Assembly (NCBI RefSeq): GCF_003367075.2
Contig: NZ_CP065936.1
Location: forward strand, 3,270,001 to 3,302,000
Reading direction: 5' to 3'
DNA: 32,000 nt
Origin: Cylindrospermopsis raciborskii Cr2010
GTDB taxonomy: Bacteria; Cyanobacteriota; Cyanobacteriia; Cyanobacteriales; Nostocaceae
Part shown: positions 8,673 through 16,930 of the stretch, in pieces
Position numbering within the stretch: the first letter of the stretch is position 1
Layout of the letters: the number at the start of each line of letters is the position of its first letter
Translations under genes and position numbers: made by a program
The notes under the pieces: model-generated
What the model was told of the DNA's origin: nothing
What the model saw: only the letters and a program-made list of their open reading frames with translations
Database searches by the model: none

Positions 8673-9644
8673 ATGGTGAGGCAAATTCCATCAAAAACTC
8701 AACTGGGGGTGATAGAATCTAACATTAGTCAGGGTGTGGAGACGCCTAAAATTGTCTACCCAGAAAGTGATAATAAACCTATGGCGGATAACACTAGACA
8801 ATTTACATGGATTGTCAAAATTAAGGAAAATTTAGAAATACTATTTAAGTCCAATGCGGATGTGTTTGTGGCTGGGGACTTATTTTGGTATCCAGTGGAG
8901 GGTAGTAACAAAATTAAACTAGCCCCTGACACCATGGTAGTGTTTGGGAGACCCAAGGGGCACCGGGGGTCTTATCGACAGTGGGAAGAGAATAATATTC
9001 CACCCCAGGTGGTGTTTGAAATTTTATCTCCTGGTAATAATAATACTGAGATGGACAGAAAAAAGCTCTTTTATCTAGAACATGGAGTGGAGGAGTATTA
9101 TGTATATGATCCAGATAGGATTAGTCTAGAAGTATCCATTAGGGAAAATAACTCATTTAAGGAGATTGAGAATTTTACCACTTGGACCAGTCCAAGATTG
9201 AAAATAAGATTTGACATGAGCCAAGATGAATTAGTCATCTATTATCCAGATGGGAGTAAGTTTCTTAGTCCTGTAGAATTGAGTAATTATGCAGAACAAG
9301 AAAGATTTCTCAAAGAACAAGAAACTCAACGTGCAGAACGTGAAAAATTGCTTAAAGAGCAAGAAACTCAACGTGCAGAACGCGAAAGACTTCTCAAAGA
9401 GCAGGAAACCCAACGTGCAGAACGTGAAAAATTGCTTAAAGAGCAAGAAACTCAACGTGCAGAACGCGAAAGACTTCTCAAAGAGCAGGAAACCCAACGT
9501 GCAGAACGTGAAAAATTGCTTAAAGAGCAAGAAACTCAACGTGCAGAACGTGAAAGACTTCTCAAAGAGCAGGAACAAATAAAGTATCAAACCTTGCTAT
9601 CACAATTAAAAGCTAAGGGTATTGATATTACTGCACTCGAATAA
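8673..9644 (+). CDS. Uma2-family endonuclease, array copy 6 (intact)
   Basis: Continuous ORF 8658-9644 (328 aa from GTG). ATG 8673 follows the GGGAGG SD. Core motifs match copy 1. N-terminal patch ESNISQ; 6 QETQRAE motifs in alternating EKLLK/ERLLK order. Confidence 0.92.
   Translation: MVRQIPSKTQLGVIESNISQGVETPKIVYPESDNKPMADNTRQFTWIVKIKENLEILFKSNADVFVAGDLFWYPVEGSNKIKLAPDTMVVFGRPKGHRGSYRQWEENNIPPQVVFEILSPGNNNTEMDRKKLFYLEHGVEEYYVYDPDRISLEVSIRENNSFKEIENFTTWTSPRLKIRFDMSQDELVIYYPDGSKFLSPVELSNYAEQERFLKEQETQRAEREKLLKEQETQRAERERLLKEQETQRAEREKLLKEQETQRAERERLLKEQETQRAEREKLLKEQETQRAERERLLKEQEQIKYQTLLSQLKAKGIDITALE
9291..9578 (+). repeat. 42-bp coding VNTR, copy 6: 6 motifs (288 bp)
   Basis: Alternating EKLLK/ERLLK units. 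Confidence 0.95.
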
Positions 9645-10193
9645 ACTATTACCTCCACCAGAATACCCTTGGGAGGTTTTTAAAAACTGGAGTTTATACT
9701 AAAGAGAAGAGCGATTGCGAAGCACTCCCTACGGGAGCTGGCGAAACACTCTCTATGGGAGCTCCCCAGGGGATTAACCATAATTGTTTAAATTAACCCC
9801 TACCTGGAGACTGTCTGTGGGAGAGACCGGTCTCAAAGCGAAAGTCAGTTTAAAACCGACTAGTTTTGTCATGGGTAATCGTAGGTTGGGTTGAGGCACG
9901 AAACCCAACAAACCAACCGGATATATATAAATGCGATTGACTCCATACAGGCGATTGCGAAGCACTCCCTAGGGGAGATCGCCAATTACCCGTTATTGTT
10001 TAAATTAATCCATACCTGGAGACTGTCTGTGGGGGAGACCGGGAATCAATTTTGGGTCTCAAAGCGAAAGTCGGTTTTAAACCGACTGGTTTTGTGATAT
10101 TGTAAGTTGAGTTCAATAACTCAACATCCCTAAATAAACTATGTTATATTAAATTAAACCGATTAAGTCAGTACCAAAGTGGGAGGTATAGAC

Positions 10194-11207
10194 ATGGTGA
10201 GGCAAATTCCATCAAAAACTCAACTGGGGGTGATAGAATCTAACATTAGTCAGGGTGTGGAGACGCCTAAAATTGTCTACCCAGAAAGTGATAATAAACC
10301 TATGGCGGATAACACTAGACAATTTACATGGATTGTCAAAATTAAGGAAAATTTAGAAATACTATTTAAGTCCAATGCGGATGTGTTTGTGGCTGGGGAC
10401 TTATTTTGGTATCCAGTGGAGGGTAGTAACAAAATTAAACTAGCCCCTGACACCATGGTAGTGTTTGGGAGACCCAAGGGGCACCGGGGGTCTTATCGAC
10501 AGTGGGAAGAGAATAATATTCCACCCCAGGTGGTGTTTGAAATTTTATCTCCTGGTAATAATAATACTGAGATGGACAGAAAAAAGCTCTTTTATCTAGA
10601 ACATGGAGTGGAGGAGTATTATGTATATGATCCAGATAGGATTAGTCTAGAAGTATCCATTAGGGAAAATAACTCATTTAAGGAAATTGAGAATTTTACC
10701 ACTTGGACCAGCCCAAGATTGAAAATAAGATTTGACATGAGCCAAGATGAATTAGTCATCTATTATCCAGATGGGAGTAAGTTTCTTAGTCCTGTAGAAT
10801 TGAGTAATTATGCAGAACAAGAAAGATTTCTCAAAGAACAAGAAACTCAACGTGCAGAACGTGAAAAATTGCTTAAAGAGCAAGAAACCCAACGTGCAGA
10901 ACGTGAAAAATTGCTTAAAGAGCAAGAAACCCAACGTGCAGAACGTGAAAGACTTATCAAAGAACAAGAAACTCAACGTGCAGAACGTGAAAGACTTCTC
11001 AAAGAGCAGGAAACTCAACGTGCAGAACGTGAAAGACTTCTCAAAGAGCAGGAAACTCAACGTGCAGAACAAGAAAGATTTCTCAAAGAACAAGAAACTC
11101 AACGTGCAGAACGTGAAAGACTTCTCAAAGAGCAGGAACAAACAAAGTATCAAACCTTGCTATCACAATTAAAAGCTAAGGGTATTGATATTACTGCACT
11201 CGAATAA
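10194..11207 (+). CDS. Uma2-family endonuclease, array copy 7 (intact)
   Basis: Continuous ORF 10179-11207 (342 aa from GTG). SD plus ATG 10194. N-terminal patch ESNISQ; 7 QETQRAE motifs. Private change EQIKYQ -> EQTKYQ. Confidence 0.92.
   Translation: MVRQIPSKTQLGVIESNISQGVETPKIVYPESDNKPMADNTRQFTWIVKIKENLEILFKSNADVFVAGDLFWYPVEGSNKIKLAPDTMVVFGRPKGHRGSYRQWEENNIPPQVVFEILSPGNNNTEMDRKKLFYLEHGVEEYYVYDPDRISLEVSIRENNSFKEIENFTTWTSPRLKIRFDMSQDELVIYYPDGSKFLSPVELSNYAEQERFLKEQETQRAEREKLLKEQETQRAEREKLLKEQETQRAERERLIKEQETQRAERERLLKEQETQRAERERLLKEQETQRAEQERFLKEQETQRAERERLLKEQEQTKYQTLLSQLKAKGIDITALE
10812..11141 (+). repeat. 42-bp coding VNTR, copy 7: 7 motifs (330 bp)
   Basis: Order is ERFLK, EKLLK, EKLLK, ERLIK, ERLLK, ERLLK, QERFLK, ERLLK. 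Confidence 0.95.
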
Positions 11208-11516
11208 ACTATTACCTCCACCAGAATACCCTTGGGAGGTTTTTAAAAACTGGAGTTTATACTAAAGAGAAGAGCGATTGCGAAGCACTCCCTAGGGGAG
11301 ATCGCCAATTACCCGTTATTGTTTAAATTAATCCATACCTGGAGACTGTCTGTGGGGGAGACCGGGAATCAATTCTGGGTCTCAAAGCGAAAGTCGGTTT
11401 AAAACCGACTGGTTTTGTGATATTGTAAGTTGAGTTCAATAACTCAACATCCCTAAACAAACTATGTTATATTAAATTAAACCGATTAAGTCAGTACCAA
11501 AGTGGGAGGTATAGAC

Positions 11517-12362
11517 ATGGTGAGGCAAATTCCATCAAAAACTCAACTGGGGGTGATAGAATCTAACATTAGTCATGGTGTGGAGACGCCTAAAATTGTC
11601 TACCCAGAAAGTGATAATAAACCTATGGCGGATAACACTAGACAATTTACATGGATTGTCAAAATTAAGGAAAATTTAGAAATACTATTTAAGTCCAATG
11701 CGGATGTGTTTGTGGCTGGGGACTTATTTTGGTATCCAGTGGAAGGTAGTAACAAAATTAAACTAGCCCCTGACACCATGGTAGTGTTTGGGAGACCCAA
11801 GGGGCACCGGGGGTCTTATCGACAGTGGGAAGAGAATAATATTCCCCCCCAGGTGGTGTTTGAAATTTTATCTCCTGGTAATAATAATACTGAGATGGAC
11901 AGAAAAAAGCTCTTTTATCTGGAACATGGAGTGGAGGAGTATTATGTATATGATCCAGATAGGATTAGTCTAGAAGTATCCATTAGGGAAAATAACTCAT
12001 TTAAGGAGATTGAGAATTTTACCACTTGGACCAGTCCAAGATTGAAAATAAGATTTGACATGAGCCAAGATGAATTAGTCATCTATTATCCAGATGGGAG
12101 TAAGTTTCTTAGTCCTGTAGAATTGAGTAATTATGCAGAACAAGAAAGATTTCTCAAAGAACAAGAAACTCAACGTGCAGAACGTGAAAAATTGCTTAAA
12201 GAGCAAGAAACTCAACGTGCAGAACGTGAAAAATTGCTTAAAGAGCAAGAAACCCAACGTGCAGAACGTGAAAGACTTCTCAAAGAGCAGGAACAAATAA
12301 AGTATCAAACCTTGCTATCACAATTAAAAGCTAAGGGTATTGATATTACTGCACTCGAATAA
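11517..12362 (+). CDS. Uma2-family endonuclease, array copy 8 (intact, shortest repeat tract)
   Basis: Continuous ORF 11502-12362 (286 aa from GTG). SD plus ATG 11517. N-terminal patch ESNISH; only 3 QETQRAE motifs. Confidence 0.92.
   Translation: MVRQIPSKTQLGVIESNISHGVETPKIVYPESDNKPMADNTRQFTWIVKIKENLEILFKSNADVFVAGDLFWYPVEGSNKIKLAPDTMVVFGRPKGHRGSYRQWEENNIPPQVVFEILSPGNNNTEMDRKKLFYLEHGVEEYYVYDPDRISLEVSIRENNSFKEIENFTTWTSPRLKIRFDMSQDELVIYYPDGSKFLSPVELSNYAEQERFLKEQETQRAEREKLLKEQETQRAEREKLLKEQETQRAERERLLKEQEQIKYQTLLSQLKAKGIDITALE
12135..12296 (+). repeat. 42-bp coding VNTR, copy 8: 3 motifs (162 bp)
   Basis: The shortest tract: ERFLK, EKLLK, EKLLK, ERLLK. Confidence 0.95.
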
Positions 12363-12911
12363 ACTATTACCTCCACCAGAATACCCTTGGGAGGTTTTTA
12401 AAAACTGGAGTTTATACTAAAGAGAAGAGCGATTGGGAAGTACTCCCTACGGGAGCTGGCGAAACACTCTCTATGGGAGCTCCCCAGGGGATTAACCATA
12501 ATTGTTTAAATTAACCCCTACCTGGAGACTGTCTGTGGGGGAGACCGGTCTCAAAGCGAAAGTCAGTTTAAAACTGACTAGTTTTGTCGTGGGTAATCGT
12601 AGGTTGGGTTGAGGCACGAAACCCAACAAACCAACCGGATATATATAAATGCGATTGACTCCATACAGGCGATTGCGAAGCACTCCCTAGGGGAGATCGC
12701 CAATTACCCGTTATTGTTTAAATTAATCCATACCTGGAGACTGTCTGTGGGGGAGACCGGGAATCAATTTTGGGTCTCAAAGCGAAAGTCGGTTTAAAAC
12801 CGACTGGTTTTGTGATATTGTAAGTTGAGTTCAATAACTCAACATCCCTAAACAAACTATGTTATATTAAATTAAACCGATTAAGTCAGTACCAAAGTGG
12901 GAGGTATAGAC

Positions 12912-13862
12912 ATGGTGAGGCAAATTCCATCAAAAACTCAACTGGGGGTGATAGAATCTAACATTAGTCATGGTGTGGAGACGCCTAAAATTGTCTACCC
13001 AGAAAGTGATAATAAACCTATGGCGGATAACACTAGACAATTTACATGGATTGTCAAAATTAAGGAAAATTTAGAAATACTATTTAAGTCCAATGCGGAT
13101 GTGTTTGTGGCTGGGGACTTATTTTGGTATCCAGTGGAGGGTAGTAACAAAATTAAACTAGCCCCTGACACCATGGTAGTGTTTGGGAGACCCAAGGGTC
13201 ACCGGGGGTCTTATCGACAGTGGGAAGAGGATAATATTCCCCCCCAGGTGGTGTTTGAAATTTTATCTCCTGGTAATAATAATACTGAGATGGACAGAAA
13301 AAAGCTCTTTTATCTAGAACATGGAGTGGAGGAGTATTATGTATATGATCCAGATAGGATTAGTCTAGAAGTATCCATTAGGGAAAATAACTCATTTAAG
13401 GAGATTGAGAATTTTACCACTTGGACCAGTCCAAGATTGAAAATAAGATTTGACATGAGCCAAGATGAATTAGTCATCTATTATCCAGATGGGAGTAAGT
13501 TTCTTAGTCCTGTAGAATTGAGTAATTATGCAGAACAAGAAAGATTTCTCAAAGAACAAGAAACTCAACGTGCAGAACGTGAAAAATTGCTTAAAGAGCA
13601 AGAAACTCAACGTGCAGAACGCGAAAGACTTCTCAAAGAGCAGGAAACCCAACGTGCAGAACGTGAAAAATTGCTTAAAGAACAAGAAACTCAACGTGCA
13701 GAACGCGAAAGACTTCTCAAAGAGCAGGAAACTCAACGTGCAGAACAAGAAACTCAACGTGCAGAACGTGAAAGACTTCTCAAAGAGCAGGAACAAATAA
13801 AGTATCAAACCTTGCTATCACAATTAAAAGCTAAGGGTATTGATATTACTGCACTCGAATAA
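12912..13862 (+). CDS. Uma2-family endonuclease, array copy 9 (intact)
   Basis: Continuous ORF 12897-13862 (321 aa from GTG). SD plus ATG 12912. N-terminal patch ESNISH with the EEDN variant; 6 QETQRAE motifs including one 7-aa half unit. Confidence 0.92.
   Translation: MVRQIPSKTQLGVIESNISHGVETPKIVYPESDNKPMADNTRQFTWIVKIKENLEILFKSNADVFVAGDLFWYPVEGSNKIKLAPDTMVVFGRPKGHRGSYRQWEEDNIPPQVVFEILSPGNNNTEMDRKKLFYLEHGVEEYYVYDPDRISLEVSIRENNSFKEIENFTTWTSPRLKIRFDMSQDELVIYYPDGSKFLSPVELSNYAEQERFLKEQETQRAEREKLLKEQETQRAERERLLKEQETQRAEREKLLKEQETQRAERERLLKEQETQRAEQETQRAERERLLKEQEQIKYQTLLSQLKAKGIDITALE
13530..13796 (+). repeat. 42-bp coding VNTR, copy 9: 6 motifs (267 bp)
   Basis: Includes one 21-bp half unit (QETQRAEQETQRAE). 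Confidence 0.95.
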
Positions 13863-14411
13863 ACTATTACCTCCACCAGAATACCCTTGGGAGGTTTTTA
13901 AAAACTGGAGTTTATACTAAAGAGAAGAGCGATTGGGAAGCACTCCCTACGGGAGCTGGCGAAACACTCTCTATGGGAGCTCCCCAGGGGATTAACCATA
14001 ATTGTTTAAATTAACCCCTACCTGGAGACTGTCTGTGGGAGAGACCGGTCTCAAAGCGAAAGTCAGTTTAAAACCGACTAGTTTTGTCATGGGTAATCGT
14101 AGGTTGGGTTGAGGCACGAAACCCAACAAACCAACCGGATATATATAAATGCGATTGACTCCATACAGGCGATTGCGAAGCACTCCCTAGGGGAGATCGC
14201 CAATTACCCGTTATTGTTTAAATTAATCCATACCTGGAGACTGTCTGTGGGGGAGACCGGGAATCAATTTTGGGTCTCAAAGCGAAAGTCGGTTTTAAAC
14301 CGACTGGTTTTGTGATATTGTAAGTTGAGTTCAATAACTCAACATCCCTAAACAAACTATGTTATATTAAATTAAACCGATTAAGTCAGTACCAAAGTGG
14401 GAGGTATAGAC

Positions 14412-15341
14412 ATGGTGAGGCAAATTGCACCAAAAACTCAACTGGGGGTGATAAAATCTAACACTAATCAGGGTGTGGAGACGCCTAAAATTGTCTACCC
14501 AGAAAGTGATAATAAACCTATGGCGGATAACACTAGACAATTTACATGGATTGTCAAAATTAAGGAAAATTTAGAAATACTATTTAAGTATAATGCGGAT
14601 GTGTTTGTGGCTGGGGACTTATTTTGGTATCCAGTGGAGGGTAGTAACAAAATTAAACTAGCCCCTGACACCATGGTAGTGTTTGGGAGACCCAAGGGGC
14701 ACCGGGGGTCTTATCAACAGTGGGAAGAGAATAATATTCCCCCCCAGGTGGTGTTTGAAATTTTATCTCCTGGTAATAATAATACTGAGATGGACAGAAA
14801 AAAGCTCTTTTATCTAGAACATGGAGTGGAGGAGTATTATGTATATGATCCAGATAGGATTAGTCTAGAAGTATCCATTAGGGAAAATAACTCATTTAAG
14901 GAGATTGAGAATTTTACCACTTGGACCAGTCCAAGATTGAAAATAAGATTTGACATGAGCCAAGATGAATTAGTCATCTATTATCCAGATGGGAGTAAGT
15001 TTCTTAGTCCTGTAGAATTGAGTAATTATGCAGAACAAGAAAGATTTCTCAAAGAACAAGAAACTCAACGTGCAGAACGTGAAAAATTGCTTAAAGAGCA
15101 AGAAACCCAACGTGCAGAACGTGAAAGACTTCTCAAAGAACAAGAAACTCAACGTGCAGAACGTGAAAGACTTCTCAAAGAACAAGAAACTCAACGTGCA
15201 GAACGTGAAAGACTTCTCAAAGAGCAGGAAACTCAACGTGCAGAACGTGAAAGACTTCTCAAAGAGCAGGAACAAATAAAGTATCAAACCTTGCTATCAC
15301 AATTAAGGGCTAAGGGTATTGATATTACTGCACTCGAATAA
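14412..15341 (+). CDS. Uma2-family endonuclease, array copy 10 (intact, terminal and most divergent copy)
   Basis: Continuous ORF 14397-15341 (314 aa from GTG). SD plus ATG 14412. N-terminal patch KSNTNQ; 5 QETQRAE motifs. Private substitutions: QIAPKT, FKYNAD, SYQQWE, QLRAKG. Confidence 0.92.
   Translation: MVRQIAPKTQLGVIKSNTNQGVETPKIVYPESDNKPMADNTRQFTWIVKIKENLEILFKYNADVFVAGDLFWYPVEGSNKIKLAPDTMVVFGRPKGHRGSYQQWEENNIPPQVVFEILSPGNNNTEMDRKKLFYLEHGVEEYYVYDPDRISLEVSIRENNSFKEIENFTTWTSPRLKIRFDMSQDELVIYYPDGSKFLSPVELSNYAEQERFLKEQETQRAEREKLLKEQETQRAERERLLKEQETQRAERERLLKEQETQRAERERLLKEQETQRAERERLLKEQEQIKYQTLLSQLRAKGIDITALE
15030..15275 (+). repeat. 42-bp coding VNTR, copy 10: 5 motifs (246 bp)
   Basis: Order is ERFLK, EKLLK, then four ERLLK. 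Confidence 0.95.
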
Positions 15342-15612
15342 ACTATTACCTGCACCAGAATACCCTTGGGAGGTTTTTAAAAACTGGAGTTTATACTAAA
15401 GAGAAGAGCGATTGGGAAGTACTCCCTACGGGAGCTGGCGAAACACTCTCTATGGGAGCTCCCCAGGGGATTAACCATAATTGTTTAAATTAACCCCTAC
15501 CTGGAGACTGTCTGTGCTATATGCTCCTAAACTACCGCCAAGTACCTCCTGGTTAACTATCTCTATTAGGGGTAATGCTCCTTGTCAAGTATTTGCCAAA
15601 ACCCGATTATTT

Positions 15613-15673
15613 GTAGGATGGGTTAGGGGTAACCCATGGGGGCGTTGGGTTTCATGCTTCAACCCAACCTACG
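15613..15673. repeat. Two short hairpin repeats of the dispersed cyanobacterial type, inverted relative to the array copies
   Basis: GGGTTAggggTAACCC, then GTTGGGTTtcatgcttcAACCCAACCTACG. The second is the reverse orientation of the CGTAGGTTGGGTT..AACCCAAC found in module A. Confidence 0.7.
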
Positions 15674-15772
15674 TTAATAGCCGTTTTCAGACCATAATGG
15701 ACAGCATGTCGCACCATGTCCGCCCACAATCACTAAATCGTAATCAAATCCAGAAGTCTCACCTGATCTCAA
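15674..15772 (-). pseudogene. 32-codon N-terminal stub of a Rossmann-fold FAD/NAD(P)-binding oxidoreductase (gene remnant)
   Basis: My own translation from TTG 15772 gives LRSGETSGFDYDLVIVGGHGATCCPLWSENGY, then TAA (15674-15676). FDYDLVIVGG-x-G resembles the beta-alpha-beta dinucleotide-binding start of FAD oxidoreductases. The frame ends exactly where the hairpin repeat begins. The stub is too short to be functional. Confidence 0.35.
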
Positions 15773-15860
15773 GTTACCATCGGGCAATTACTAAAAAGAG
15801 CAACTAGAAAAAATTTATCCACTGGTTGTTTAATGAAGATGTGAATTAAACACATTTGTA

Positions 15861-16772
15861 TTACTCAGGGCAATTATGTCCAATCCAACCTAAAATCACC
15901 TGATTAACCAGTTCAGGTGACTCATCATGGGGACAATGACCCACCTCTTGTAAATATAACACTTCTAACTTATCATTATATTTAGCAAATTCAGAAGCCA
16001 ATTTAGGTGGGATAAATCTATCCTTTTCTCCCCAAATCAACAGCATAGGAATGGTTAAATTGGGTAATAGAGTCTTAGCGCTAGGACTAAATTCCGCACC
16101 AATAGAGGCTTTAAACAGGGCGATAAAAGCACGAGTAGAACCTCTATCTTGGGGTGGTCCTGCCAAAATATCAATTAACTCATCCGTGATAGCTTGGGGG
16201 TGGGCATAAGCAAGACCAGCCCAGCGTCTGAGCACAGCTGGTTGACGAATGAAATTGAATAGGGGTTTGAGCAACAGCGGAGAGGCGAATATACCCTTAA
16301 TTCCCCTCACCAGGGGATGAAGAAAAGGTGGTAAAACCTCCTGTTCCAGATTAGGATCGGGTAAACTCATCATCACCATACCCTGAACCATATCGGGATG
16401 AACTGCTGCTGCTACTAGGGTAACTAGGGAACCAAGAGAGTTACCTATTAATATTACAGGATGATGGATAAAAGTCTGCCAAAAATCATAAAGTTGCTCC
16501 ACCCACAGATTGACACTGTAATTAGCGGGAACCTTTTCAGAACCGCCAAAACCCAGCATATCCAGAGCATAAACCGTGTGGTGTTTTCCCAACACCTCTA
16601 AATTATGTCGCCAATGACCAATAGAAGCACCAAAGCCATGTAGCAAGATTAAAGGAGTTGCAGTTTGGTGGTGATTCACAGGGCGGATAAAAGTATAGCG
16701 GATTTGCCAACCTCTCCATACCCAGTCCCTTTGATTACCGACTCGTTTTTGCCAAGATAAAGCTGTTGTCAC
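15861..16772 (-). CDS. alpha/beta-fold hydrolase
   Basis: 303-aa ORF with a GTG start at 16772. It carries the HGFGAS oxyanion-hole motif, the nucleophile elbow GNSLGS (G-x-S-x-G) and a C-terminal catalytic His context EVGHCPHDE. Length is typical of the family. Confidence 0.88.
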   Translation of the reverse strand: MTTALSWQKRVGNQRDWVWRGWQIRYTFIRPVNHHQTATPLILLHGFGASIGHWRHNLEVLGKHHTVYALDMLGFGGSEKVPANYSVNLWVEQLYDFWQTFIHHPVILIGNSLGSLVTLVAAAVHPDMVQGMVMMSLPDPNLEQEVLPPFLHPLVRGIKGIFASPLLLKPLFNFIRQPAVLRRWAGLAYAHPQAITDELIDILAGPPQDRGSTRAFIALFKASIGAEFSPSAKTLLPNLTIPMLLIWGEKDRFIPPKLASEFAKYNDKLEVLYLQEVGHCPHDESPELVNQVILGWIGHNCPE

Positions 16773-16831
16773 AGGTGAGTTTGCTTATATTTAACCCATA
16801 ACATTATGACTTGGTCTACAGCAAATGTCAA

Positions 16832-16920
16832 GAGACTGTCCGTGGGGGAGACAGGGAATGAATTCCCTGTCTGAAAGCCAAAGTCGGGTGATCGTAGGTT
16901 GAGTTTAATATTAAACCCAA
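16832..16920 (+). repeat. Solo copy of the hairpin-rich core element that also forms array spacer modules A and B
   Basis: gagactgtccgtgggggagacagggaatgaattccctgtctgaaagccaaagtcgg..gatcgtaggttgagtttaatattaaacccaa aligns with ggagactgtctgtgggggagaccgggaatcaatt..gggtctcaaagcgaaagtcgg..gtaggttgggtt. Here the central hairpin GACAGGGAAT/ATTCCCTGTC is perfect. Confidence 0.8.
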
Positions 16921-16930
16921 AATTGACATA

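Larger units (their letters stand above)
1..15516 (+). repeat. Head-to-tail tandem array of >=11 gene-plus-spacer cassettes (unit 1323-1598 bp); continues past the left window edge
   Basis: The cassette landmark (GTG/SD) lies at 1269, 2613, 4067, 5577, 7175, 8658, 10179, 11502, 12897 and 14397. Spacings are 1344, 1454, 1510, 1598, 1483, 1521, 1323, 1395 and 1500 bp. Units are near-identical by eye except for VNTR length, an optional 240-bp spacer module and scattered point/indel differences. Homology ends at ..ggagactgtctgtg (15516), followed by unique sequence. Confidence 0.97.

Noticed and set aside
1-15516. A CRISPR array or an IS/transposon array as the explanation for the regular repeats.
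   Set aside because: The period is 1.3-1.6 kb and the inter-repeat content is the same gene each time, so there are no unique spacers. No cas genes, transposase, integrase or terminal inverted repeats bound the unit.
15481-15807. A 108-aa plus-strand ORF spanning the array boundary.
   Set aside because: It starts at a TTG inside the truncated spacer module and runs through hairpin repeats. It has no SD and no recognisable motifs. The minus strand at the same place carries the more plausible oxidoreductase stub.
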